Positions 1 through 10,937 of a stretch of 64,000 nt of DNA are shown piece after piece. Every line of letters starts with the position of its first letter. The first letter of the stretch is position 1. The DNA lies in assembly GCF_006345805.1 (NCBI RefSeq), contig NC_043004.1, positions 9,548,001 through 9,612,000 of the forward strand, read 5' to 3'. The notes beneath the pieces were generated by a model. It had not been told where the DNA came from, did no database searches, and saw only the letters and a list, made by a program, of their open reading frames with translations. A program made the position numbers and the translations under genes. This stretch comes from Octopus sinensis (taxonomy: Eukaryota).

Positions 1-285
1 TGGCGATGTATATCTTAGCAACGTTACCTTTATTGTTTCTGTTCACTTCTCGGAGCGCTCGATTTCACTTGCTCTGGTTAATTTTGTTAAGGATTTCACA
101 GGGTCTCTTTGCCACGATACTTAACACCCAACTAACAATCTGAAGATCCTTGCTGTCCCCAATAAAGCAGGTTCTCAGAATGTTCCCCCCTCATGTCAAT
201 TCCAGTTTCACATAGTCATACATTGCCTTACCAATGACACCCGTCATAAGCTTCCACATAAAAGGGGGAGGCAAGAGATAGGTTT
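1..285 (-). mobile_element. 3' end fragment of an R4/Dong-like non-LTR retrotransposon (degenerate)
   Basis: Minus strand reads EPALLGTARIFRLLVGC* (stop at 121-123), matching the LLGTAxILR C-terminus of the other RLE elements here; (ATT)n follows at 285-298. Confidence 0.6.
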
Positions 286-298
286 ATTATTATTATTT

Positions 299-524
299 TT
301 CCTTCTTTCTTCAAATTTTCTTCCGTTTCTCGCCGAGTGTTTTCCGTACACCTAGGGTAGAGAAGCTCATTGTATACATTCCCAGATTACACACGCAAAT
401 TCACAGGTAAAATATGTATTTAAAAAAATTAATGAATAAATAAATTCATGAATGGATGTTGTTTTCACAGCGATAGTGCTCTTCTCAGTAAATGAGCCGT
501 TCCAGTTAACACGATTTTAACACG

Positions 525-527
<3 letters not shown>
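299..527 (-). mobile_element. Extreme 3' stub (last ~15 codons + 3'UTR) of another R4/Dong-like lineage
   Basis: Minus strand VLTGTAHLLRRALSL* (TGA at 465-467), then ~165 nt UTR running into (AAT)n; ATT tracts on both sides. Confidence 0.65.
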
Positions 528-566
<39 letters not shown>

Positions 567-570
<4 letters not shown>

Positions 571-1978
571 GTTTGACTTTTGCTTTATGTCTGTACAAGT
601 TGGCTCCAAGTCTCACCCAGAGACCTCAAGAGACAACAGGTTGGAAGTTCTGTGCCATATATTTGGGGGTTTTTTTTTTGTACTAGTGAATGTCTAATAC
701 ATAAAAAATAAAAATAAATAAATAAAAATAAAAATAAAAAAGTTTGTTTTAAACCTTGGGATTACATAGAGAGTATTTTGCGTAGGATATGAGCAGTTCC
801 CATGAGCACTATCTCTTGAATTTCTGCCATTATGGGGTTTCCTGGTATATGAGTTAGGTAGCAATCAGTCCCTTTCGCTATCATTCCAGGGCACCTATGA
901 CAACAGGTATTGTTTTAGTCTTCAGCTTCCACATTTTGCTGATTTCTATTTCAAGATCTTTATATTTGCTCAGTTTTTGGTAGGTCTTGACAGATACGTT
1001 TATATCGATTGGGACAGTCATATCAATGAGGAGGCATGTTCTTTGTCTGAAGTCTTTCAATATAATGTCTGGCCTATTTGCATCTATCTTCCTGTCAGTT
1101 TGAATGGTGAAGTTCCAGAGGAGTGAGATGTGGTCATTTTCAAGCACAGGAGGTGGATTGTGTTCCCACCAGTTTTTTACATGGGGCAAATCCAGGTTTT
1201 TGCAAATTACCCAGTGAATATATTGTGCAGCTCTATCATGCCTACTGAGGTACTCTGTAGGCGCTAGAAGACTGCATTTGGAGACAACATGGTTAATGGT
1301 TTCATTTTGTTGTCGACATACACGACATGTTGGGCTACTGCCGTTCTTTAATATGTTGGCCTGGTAGTTTCTTGTTGGTAGGCATTGATCTTGAGCTGCT
1401 ATGATAAACCCCTCTGTTTCAGATTTTAAGCCAGAGGCCATTAGCCATTGATGGGTCAGGGCTTTGTCGATATCTGCATTATTCGCTCTCTTTGGGTATT
1501 TGCCATAGAGAGGTTTTTCTTGCCATTTATTATTCAGAATATCTAAGGCCGCAGTTTTGGCACGGGTTTTCATGCGCCTAGCTTTTTCTGTGCTTGTTTC
1601 TTGTATATCTATCTCTAATTCCGAAATTGGTTGTATTCGGAATTCACTTAGATATTCCTTTGCCTGTTTTGTGACTGAGTATGATGCTTTCTTGTTTTCA
1701 TGTTTTGAGACAAGTTTTAACATCCAGTCCTCAGAGTTTTTCAGGTAGGTGTCTAGGCCAATTGTAGCAATCTTCATTGTTATTGCCAGTTGCAAAAGAC
1801 CACGGCCTCCCTCTTTTCTTGGCAGATAGAGTCGTTCTGTATCTGCCTTAGGGTGGTGCATTCTATGCATTGTCAACAGTTTCCTTATTTTTCTGTCGAG
1901 CTGGCATATTTCAGTAATTGACCAGTTAACAATATTGAAACTGTAAGTCACGACTGGTATGGCTAATGCATTGATCGC
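567..1978 (-). mobile_element. R4/Dong-like non-LTR retrotransposon family A, 5'-truncated (RT thumb, CCHC, RLE)
   Basis: ORF 881-1951 has CRVC-x7-H-x4-C, RHD, RPDIIL...LIDMTVP...KYKDL. A frameshift at IGAL is followed by the tail MGTAHILRKILSM* (stop 762-764). (ATT)n lies on both flanks. Confidence 0.92.
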
Positions 1979-2016
<38 letters not shown>

Positions 2017-2050
2017 TATTATTATTATTATTATTATATTATTATTATTA

Positions 2051-2832
2051 CATCATCCGACTGGGCCTCAGCCAGAGACCTAAGTCAGAGGCAAATTTAT
2101 CCTGCATCGCTTGCAACACCTCCGTGTCGCTGGGGGGGGGGCAGCCTTGTGTGTTCCTTTTTGCTGTTGAGGAAATGCAAACTTTCCCCGGTATTGCATC
2201 AGTTTGTCCCTAAGAGACAAACTTTCTGTAGGAGCTCCACTGGGCATTCTCTTCCAGTCTCCTTTGGCCATTTGTCTATATCTTCGCTCACTGTTCCCAA
2301 CGCTCCAATTATCATAGGCATGATATGTACTTTTTGTATTCTCCATATTCTTTCTATTTCAAATTTTAAGGGAATGTATTTTTTTGTTTTTTGCTTTTCT
2401 TCCTCTTTCTCTACGCTCCTGGAATCGAACGGGCATGATGGGTCGATAAGTAAGCAACTTCGCTTTTCCTTATCTACAATCGTTATATCTGGTCTATTAT
2501 TTTCTAACTTCTTGTCTATTTGAATAGGAAAGTCCCTCAAAAATCTTACGTTTCTCCGACTCCAGGACTCTTTTCTCTCGATGATTGTACCATGTGTTTC
2601 CAGCTTCAAATCCCCATTTCTGGCACATTTTCCACTGTATAATGTTTATGTTCTTCCTGTGCCAACTTCGGGAATTCTGTCCCAGTGTCTGCTACTGTCC
2701 CGTTCCAAGTTCCACAGACTCAACCTTTTTCTGACACATTCTCTCCATATATATTTTTCCTCAAGTTGTTTGTTTTAATCGCTTAAAGATGGGCTTCTAC
2801 AATTAGGGTCTGTTTCTTTTTGTACTTGCCCC
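2051..2832 (-). mobile_element. R4/Dong-like family B fragment (RLE domain + 3'UTR), degenerate
   Basis: ORF 2199-2609 has NNRPDITIVDKEKRSCLLIDPSCP, IIGALG and QKVCLLGT. The 5' part aligns by eye with 40480-40850. ATT tracts on both sides. Confidence 0.85.
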
Positions 2833-2854
2833 ATTATTATTATTATTATTATTA

Positions 2855-2896
<42 letters not shown>

Positions 2897-2899
<3 letters not shown>

Positions 2900-5504
2900 T
2901 ACTTTTATTTTTATAGCGTGCTTTCACTTCACTACCGAGCGCAGCTCTGTGTGCCTTGGGTATGTGCTGTGATTTGTTGTGATGCTCTGATGGTTACTGT
3001 ATGGAAAGTGTTCTGCGTAGGATGTGTGCAGTGCCTAGTAGTGCAATTTTCTGTATGTTATATGTGTTTGTAAGTCCTGGTGTTTTTGTTATGTATTTGT
3101 CTGAATATTTTTTTATCATGCCTAATGCACCTACTATGATAGGAATTGTTTCTGTTTTCAGGTTCCACATTCTAGTTACCTCTATTTCCAGGTCTTTGTA
3201 TTTTGAGAGTTTCTCCATTTCTTTTAGAGACACGTTGTCATCTGCCGGTATTGATACATCAATTAGAAAGCATTTTTTTTCTTCATGATCTCTGACAACT
3301 ATATCTGGTCTGTTGGCCTTAATTTCTCTATCTGTGTGTATCGGCATATCCCAGAGTATGGTTGCTTTCTCGTTTTCTGTGACCTTTTCTGGTGTGTGCC
3401 TATACCATCTTTTTTCTGTTGTTATTCCATAATGTTGGCATAGCTTCCAATGTATGTAGGTTCCAACTCTGTCATGTCTGTGAATATATTCCTTCTTAGC
3501 CAGGACTGGGCAGCTAGAGATAATATGATTTATTGTTTCTTGTCCATCTCCACATATTCTGCAGTTACTTGTAATATTTCTTTTCATTACATGTTTTTGG
3601 TAATTTCTGGTGGAGAGGCTTTGGTCTTGTGCTGCAATTAAAAATCCCTCTGTTTCTGCTTTGAGTCCTGAGCTTCTCAACCATTGCTGGGATTTTTCTT
3701 TGTCTATTTCTTTTGCGTTTAGTTTAGTGCAGTATTTACCATGAAGGGTTTTTTCTTGCCATCGTTTTATCATGGCTCGTTGCTGTTCTATTTTTAGTTT
3801 GGATTTCATTTGTTTTATAGCTTTTGTTGTTTCTTCATCTTCTTCTACTTCTTCTTTGTGTTTATTAGGTGGTATTATTTCTTGTTTGTATTTATCAGCT
3901 TCCTTAAATACTGAGAACAGTTTTTTGTTTTGCTCGTGTTTTGCTGCTATCTGGATCAGTTTTCCTTCCTTCTGAAGTAGGTATTTTTGCAGTCCTATGG
4001 TGGTTATTTTATAGTAGTTTTCCAGCTGTATAAGGCCTCTACCACCTTCTATACGTTGTATATATAGTCTTTCTATGTCAGATTTTGGGTGATGCATCCT
4101 AGATCCTGTCAGTATTTTTCTTGTTTTCCTATCTATTTTGGACAGTTCATTTCGTGTCCAGTTAAGGATATTGTAGCTGTAACTTATAACTGGGACAGCT
4201 AAAGTGTTGATACCTATTATCTTGTTTTTAGCATTGAGCTCTGTTTTTAGTATTGATCTAACTCGTCTATAATATTCTTTTTTTATTTTCTCTTTCATTT
4301 GTGTGTGTTGTGTCTTATCTAGTTCATGGATTCCTAAGTATTTGTAAGTTTGGCTTTGGTCTAATTCTTTTATTTCATTGGTTTTATCTAGTGTAATGTT
4401 GTTACTCTTAACTAGTTTTCCTCTTTTCATGGTTACTTTGGCGCATTTTTCTAATCCAAATTTCATATCTATTTCTTTGGTAAATCCATGAACTGTCTTT
4501 AATAGTGTTTCCAGCTGTTTGTCATTTGCAGCGTATAGTTTTAGGTCATCCATATATAAAAGGTGGCTGATCGTTTTGCCGTAACATTTATATCCGCATC
4601 CAGTTCTATTTAGCATATCAGATAGAGGTAACAGTGCCAAGCAGAAAAGGAGTGGAGAGAGCGTGTCTCCCTGGAATATTCCTCTTCTAATGGGGATGTC
4701 TTTGGTTTTCATGAGTCCCTCTTTTGTTTGGAGGTGTAGGACTGTTTGCCATTTATTCATAGAGTGCTCTATGAATTTTATGATTGTTGGTGCTACTTTG
4801 TTAATGGCTAGTGTTTCGAGGATCCATGTGTGGGGGATGCTATCAAACGCCTTTTTGTAGTCAATCCAGGCCATACTGAGGCCTTTCTTCTTTCTGTGGC
4901 TGTCTTCAGTTACGGCTTTATTAATCATTAGTTGATCTTTACAGCCATATGAGCCCTTGCGGCATCCTTTCTGCTCTTCTGGGAACAGTTTGTTTTCGTC
5001 CAGGTGCTTGTTCAGCCTTTGCGATATCACTACAGTAAATGCCTTGAACATAGTAGGGAGGCAGGTTATTGGTCTGTAGTTTTCTGGTTTTGTTGTTTCA
5101 TTTGATTTGGGAATTAAGATGGTTTTCCCCTTCGTGAGCCATTCAGGCATTGTCTCTGGCTCTGCTAGTATGCTGTTAAAGTTTTCAGCCAGCTTTTTGT
5201 GCATTCCTGTTAGATATTTCAACCAGAAGTTGGGGATCTTGTCATGCCCAGGTGCCTTCCAGTTGCTTAGTTTTTGCAGTGCCTGGGTGACCTCTTCAGT
5301 TGTTATGGGGGTCCAAAGTTGTTCAGATGCCGAGTTTGTTATTTTGATACTCCTTTTTTTTGGCTGTTCGTTCGCCGACCATATTTCTTTACAGAATTCT
5401 TCCAATTCTTCTGCCGTTGGTGCTGCAGTGACTTCTATTTTATTTTTGCCCAGTTCTTGGTAGAACTTTTTGGGGTCGGAGTTGAACTTTTTGTTCTGTT
5501 CAAA
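2897..5504 (-). mobile_element. R4/Dong-like non-LTR retrotransposon family C, 5'-truncated, young
   Basis: Uninterrupted RT-CCHC-RLE frame, ~95-nt 3'UTR (2897-2993), (ATT)n at 2833-2896 and 5505-5599; second copy at 59742-62110. Confidence 0.95.
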
Positions 5505-5564
<60 letters not shown>

Positions 5565-5645
5565 TATTACTATTATTATTATTATTATTATTATTATCAT
5601 TTTCTCTTTATCACAGGTTTTGTTGGAGCTCCTGGAGTCTTGCAT
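2994..5645 (-). CDS. Reverse transcriptase + CCHC zinc knuckle + restriction-like endonuclease ORF (element-derived part 2994-5504; N-terminal poly-Ile is microsatellite read-through)
   Basis: RT motifs NYRPITCL, EEQKG, WIDYKKAFDSIPH, GIFQGDTLSPLLF, LLYMDDLKLY, FGLEKC, YKYLG; CRIC-x7-H-x4-C; RHD; RPDIVV...LIDVSIP...KYKDL. Confidence 0.9.
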
Positions 5646-6338
5646 GCGTAGCGGGCTCTCTGTTCTTTTCAGCTATCTAATACTTTCCTGATTATTCTGG
5701 CGGTGCTAAGGAGGCAAACTTTTTTAACAGTTCTACTGGGCACTCTATTCCAATTTCCTTTATATTCCTCCTGATGCTTTCTCATACTGTTCCCAAGGAC
5801 AGTATATTCACCTTCTTCCTTTTCCATAATTATTTCGTACTTAAGAGGGTTGTATCTATCTTTTCCCCTTCCTTCTTGACTATTCATGTGTCAAAGGGGC
5901 ATGCAACATTAACTGTATAGCACGTGGTGCACCTTATCCGCCACTGCTAGGTCCAGTCTGTTAGGCTCAAGCACCTGATCTGTTTGGATTGGGAAGTCCC
6001 AGAGGATTTTGCTAGTCTCTGACTGCCACTCACTGCGGTTTGTGCTCATACCACGTCTTGCCTCTCTCTAGCCCCCACTTTTTGCTCAGTTTCCAATGTA
6101 GCAGTTTCGCTACCTGGTCGTGTCGCCACAACTTGTAGTGGTTTGAGGCAAGTCAAGGGTATTCTTTCGTGATATGGGCAACGGTTTCATCCACTCTATT
6201 GCAGATGCAGCACAGTTGAGGCACTTGTTCACTCCTCAAGTTGATCCTCCAGCTCGTGGCCAGAGCTTGGTCCTTCGCTGCCAGTATAGTGCTCTCGGTC
6301 TCTTTTTTTAGGCTTCCTTTCATCAAACAATCCCATCT
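5600..6338 (-). mobile_element. R4/Dong-like family D 3' fragment, degenerate
   Basis: Minus frames give KGSLKKETESTILAAKDQAL, CCICNRVDETVAH, a WRHD-like segment and KKVCLLSTARIIRKVLDS*; ATT flanks. Confidence 0.8.
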
Positions 6339-6385
6339 TATTATTATTATTACTATTATTATTATTATTATTATTATCATTATTA

Positions 6386-6441
<56 letters not shown>

Positions 6442-6445
<4 letters not shown>

Positions 6446-6804
6446 GATTGACTTTTGCTTTGTATTTGTACAAGTTGACTCCAAGTCTCACCCAGATACC
6501 TCAAGATCAAGTTAGAAGTTCATGTTGGTGCTATGCATAGGGTGACATATTTAGTTTTGCACATAGTATTGTTCTAGAGAATGTTTAAGAAAACATAAGA
6601 AAATTATGAGTGTTTTAAAATTTGAGATTACATAGTATTTTACGTAGGATAAGGGCAGTTCTCATGGGCATTATCTTTCGAATTTCTGCCATTTTGGAGT
6701 TTCCTGGTATCTGAGCTTGGTAGGAATCAGCCCCTTTAGCTATCATTCCTAGGGTACCTATGACAACAGGTATTGTTTTAGTCTTGAGATTCCACATTTT
6801 GCCA
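6442..6804 (-). mobile_element. Family A 3' stub (~360 bp)
   Basis: MWNLKTKTIPVVIGTLGMIAKG... plus a 3'UTR beginning ATATG(A/T)TTGACTTTTGCTTT as at 567 and 63223; ATT flanks. Confidence 0.85.
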
Positions 6805-6852
6805 ATTATTATTATTATTATTATCATCATTATTATTATTGTTGTTATTGTT

Positions 6853-6953
6853 ATGTGTTTGATTTTTGTTTTCTATAAGTTGAGTCCAAGTTTCACCAAG
6901 AGACCTCAAGAGACAATGAGCTAGAAGTTCATGTTGGTGTTATGCCTAGGGCG

Positions 6954-6955
<2 letters not shown>
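6853..6955 (-). mobile_element. Family A 3'UTR-only stub (~100 bp)
   Basis: Matches 6442-6540 and 567-650 (GTTGAGTCCAAGTTTCACC.AGAGACCTCAAGAGACAA...AGAAGTTC); between TTA-type tracts. Confidence 0.75.
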
Positions 6956-7002
<47 letters not shown>

Positions 7003-7043
7003 TACTACTACTACTACTACTACTACTCCTACTACTACTACTA

Positions 7044-7110
<67 letters not shown>

Positions 7111-7114
<4 letters not shown>

Positions 7115-7675
7115 TGAAAGGCTCTCGGATAGTTCTTAATCACCGGTTATTCTATACTTGAAAGCAGGCAATAACAAACCACCAAAGGTTTCAAGTAGTG
7201 CTTTCTCCTGTAACTCAAAGAGGCAATACTCTCCTTAGAATGTGAGTTGTACCCAACAATGCTGTCTTCTGAATCACCTCGAACCTGACAGCAGCTCCAA
7301 TATTCTCATTATGTTTTTCAAAGCCTTTGGAAACTGCTCTTAATGCTCCAGTTACCACCGGTATCACCATTACTTTCCTCATGCCCCATAACTTTCTTAT
7401 CTCGTCCCGCAGTTGCTGGTATTTCTCAATCTTTTCTGTTTCCTGACATTTCACCTTCGAATCGCTTGGTATTGTAACATCTATTATCTTTACTTCTTTT
7501 TTATTTTTATGGATAATCACGAGATCTGGTCGTGTCGCCTCTATAACTTGGTCGCACTCCATGTTAAAATCCAGAGTATCATGTAATGTTCGTTTTCCAT
7601 TACTCCCTCTGGCTTGTGTTCATACCATTGTTCGGCTCTCTCGAGCTTTGTTCTACCGCACTACAGTCAGTGGAC
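7111..7675 (-). mobile_element. R4/Dong-like family F RLE fragment + 3'UTR
   Basis: ORF 7215-7562 has TRPDLVII...IIDVTIP...EKIEKYQQL...QKTALLGTTHILRRVL; 3' flank is compound (ATT)n(ACT)n at 6956-7110. Confidence 0.85.
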
Positions 7676-7748
7676 AATAATAATAATAATAATTATTATT
7701 ATTATTATAATTATAATAATAATAATAACAGTAATAATAATAATAATT

Positions 7749-8239
7749 GACTGAAAGTATTATCATGTACATTGTTTTGTCTTGGTATAAAAGATGAGCT
7801 ACAGCAAATATTCTGCTCAATACCACAGATTTGCTTGTCAGTTGTCTGACCGTAACGAGTTAAGCATGTTCCTTAGTGGCTGATGATATGTGCATCTCTG
7901 ATTACGAGTAGAAGTAGTGGGGGAGCATCAAACCATGTGTTGAGAGGGATTATGTGGGGTTTGGATAATTCACCTCTGGAAATATGGGTGTTTTGTTAAA
8001 CATCCTTAAACAAACCTTATTCAGTGACCTTTTGAGCGGGACGAGCAACTCGACTTGAGGAAAATTTTCACTAGGCCCACCAGTAAGCTCATGCGCCGTT
8101 TACCTTACTAAGAAATCACCATGTCACGCACATATGGCTGTGATGCATGTGCCTGGTGAACCCTTATTATTTTGGCTGTACTGGGCGTCGTATATTTTAC
8201 CTCAGCGTCACTTTGATGGCACGCACTGCTCTTTCACTC
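7749..8239 (+). mobile_element. ~500-bp non-coding TAA-flanked retroposon (copy 1)
   Basis: Homologous to 10709-10937 (+) and 62637-63158 (-). Copies share the 3' end ...GTCACTTTGATGGCA...CTCACTC followed by AAT/GAT repeats and have staggered 5' ends; no ORF. Confidence 0.7.
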
Positions 8240-8259
8240 GACGATGATAATAATAATAA

Positions 8260-9069
8260 CTAGCAGTATACCCTGGCCTTGCCCGGGGTTACGTTACGAT
8301 TATTAAGCTAATCAAGTTCTTTATTTCAAACCAAACTAAGTAATATCGACTCTCAACAAAACACTTTTTTACTCGACGTAAAATAAAAACAAAACTCTTT
8401 CACATCCAAAGTAATGTGTGTATGAGAGAGAGAAGGGGGAGAAAGATGAACGATTTAAAATAAATATATTGTAATTGTTGTGTGAGAAAGTATATATACT
8501 ATGATTATAAAATATAGTGTCTTTCAAAAACATGCTGAATTTGAACACCATATCTCGTGTTTAAGAAAAAACAAAACATTTTACATTTTATTTTTTATGA
8601 ACGTCGTCACTTACTCTCTCTCTCTCTCTTCCTCTCTCACTTTGTCTTTCCTGTGAAACTCTCTGCCTCCTTCTTCCACATTTCTTTATTTTTTTGTTAG
8701 ACGCCGTCAAAAAGCTATGGCTAAAATTAGATTTTTATGAACGTTGTCACTTACTCTCTTTCTCTCCCTCTCTCACTTTGTCTTTCCCGTGAAATTCTCT
8801 GCCTCCTTCTTCCACTTTTCCTTAACTTTTAATTTTTTTTGTTAGACGCCGTCAAAAAGCAATGGCTGATATTTTTATGGCTAAAAGCTATGGCTGAAAA
8901 TAGAATTTTACCGCTATCCGCGGGTGCCTCGGGAAAAAAATAAGTTGACAAAACCCAGATTGGATGTTGACGAATGTCCTCCTAAAATTGGAGCGACATG
9001 TGTGCTAATTTGTGGACGTGCATAAATTACAATCACGTACACACACACACACATCATGCCTTTTATAGA
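8260..9069 (-). mobile_element. Non-autonomous Helitron
   Basis: On the minus strand: 5' A|TCTATAAAAGG at 9069, (GT)n near the 5' end, subterminal GC-rich imperfect hairpin, 3' CTAG|T at 8260-8263; internal ~140-bp tandem duplication (about 8598-8735 / 8737-8870). Confidence 0.75.
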
Positions 9070-9070
9070 T

Positions 9071-10512
9071 TTGATAATGTTGCAAGGATATAGGGATGGA
9101 ATTCGCTTTCTCGAAGTGTGCAGGGCTTACTCTGAAGTGGGGGGGAAAGAGTAAATCGTAGGGGCATAGAATTGCCAAACGGAGAGAGAATGGAAGACCC
9201 GGATGAAGATGGATACAAGTACCTTGGGATCCTGGATAATATCTTGCGTAAAGAAATGAAAGATAAGGTCATTACTGCTATTTCAAGCGTCTTAAACTTC
9301 TCTTGCCATCAACATATGGACGGTTGATGTAGTCCGCTAAAGTGCACCCATCCTGAAATGGACACAAGCGGAGACTGACCAACTCGATCGCACTACCCGA
9401 AAGACAATGACAATGTATGCTACGCTCCACCTTAAGGTGAATGTACACAGGCTCTACATGGAGAGGGGTAAGGGTTGACGTGGGCTGATTAGCGTACGGG
9501 AGGGCCTGAACATGGCAGAATATTTGGTAAACAGCAAACAAGGCTTGCTACAGTATGCTGCTAGTGCAGAAGGATTTAACAAAAATGGACTTCAGAGTGC
9601 TCATGAATTCCGATCAAGAACAGCCAACGAGTGAGAAGAAACCCTACTCCGCATGGAATTACATGGTCAGTTCCATCGTGAAACCAACAAATTATAAGAC
9701 CAGGAAGCATCATGGAGGTGGCTTAACAAGGGTGACCTAAAAAGAATACTGAAAGCCTAATCATCGCTGCCCAGGACCAAGCATTGAATATCAACCCAGT
9801 GAAAAAGAATATATACCACACAAGTGCAACGGACCTCTGCAGAATGTGTGGGGAGAGGGTCGAAAGCGTGACTCACGTTGTTAGTGCATGTGAACGTCTT
9901 GCGCAGAAAGCGTACAAGCGTAGACACGACAAAGTAGCCCAAAAGCTCCACTGGCTACTATGCCATAAGTATGAATATGAGGTTACGTGTGTTTGGTACC
10001 AACATACACCGGAAAAGGTAATGGACGAAAAGGGGAAGGCAAAAATCCTCTGGGACTTTGATTTCCAGACACAGACAAGGTGTTAGAGCACTGAAGGCCA
10101 TATATAATAACCTTTAGAAGGGACAAACAAGAGTACCTAATAATTGACGTGGCAGTACCAGGTGATCAACATATTATTATGAAAGAAAAAGCTGATAAAT
10201 ATGGAGACCTGAGAATTGAGATCGCTAAGATGTGGCAGCTACGAGAGTCAAACATAAAGGTTATCCCTATTGTCATCGGAGCATTGGATTCAATACCACC
10301 CAATCTGAAAAAAAAGACGCATCTGAAAACTTTAGAAATACCCTACAATGTAAGCGTATTGCAATAGTCGACATTACTTGGAACTGCACGCATTTTGCGC
10401 AAAGTACTGTCTGTCTGAGGTCTTTGTTGTGACTTGACAAATAGTGCAAACCTCGATAAATACAATATCTACAATCAACAACCTCACGATATTGTATACT
10501 GTACGACGTCTA

Positions 10513-10514
<2 letters not shown>
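9071..10514 (+). mobile_element. R4/Dong-like family G, 5'-truncated, frameshifted
   Basis: GYKYLGI, AAQDQAL, CRMC-x7-H-x4-C, RRHD, KILWDF, IIDVAVPGD, KYGDL, LLGTARILRKVLSV*; (AAT)n follows at 10515-10708. Confidence 0.88.
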
Positions 10515-10587
<73 letters not shown>

Positions 10588-10661
10588 TAATAATAATAAT
10601 GATAACAACAATAATAACAATAATAATAATAACAATAATAACAATAATAATAATAACAATA

Positions 10662-10708
<47 letters not shown>
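10515..10708. repeat. (AAT)n microsatellite
   Basis: Direct reading. Confidence 0.95.
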
Positions 10709-10937
10709 GGGACCTTTTGAGCGGGATGGGTAACTCGATCTGAAGAAAATTCTAACTGGGCTCCACCTGCAAGATCATGTGCTGTTTATCTTGATATGAG
10801 ATCACCATGTCGCGCACATATGGTTGTGATGCATGTGCCTGGTGTACCCTTATCAGACGGGTAGTCATGATGGGTATACTGGGCTTCGTATATTTTACCC
10901 CAGTGTCACTTTGATGGCATGCTCTGCTCGCTCACTC
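10709..10937 (+). mobile_element. Non-coding TAA-flanked retroposon, 5'-truncated (copy 2)
   Basis: 3' 230 bp of the 7749-8239 element; (AAT)n on both sides. Confidence 0.7.

Noticed and set aside
5505-5645. Poly-Ile N-terminus of the 883-aa ORF as a transmembrane or signal domain
   Set aside because: It is the (AAT)n target tract plus the neighbouring element's 3'UTR, not part of the retrotransposon protein.
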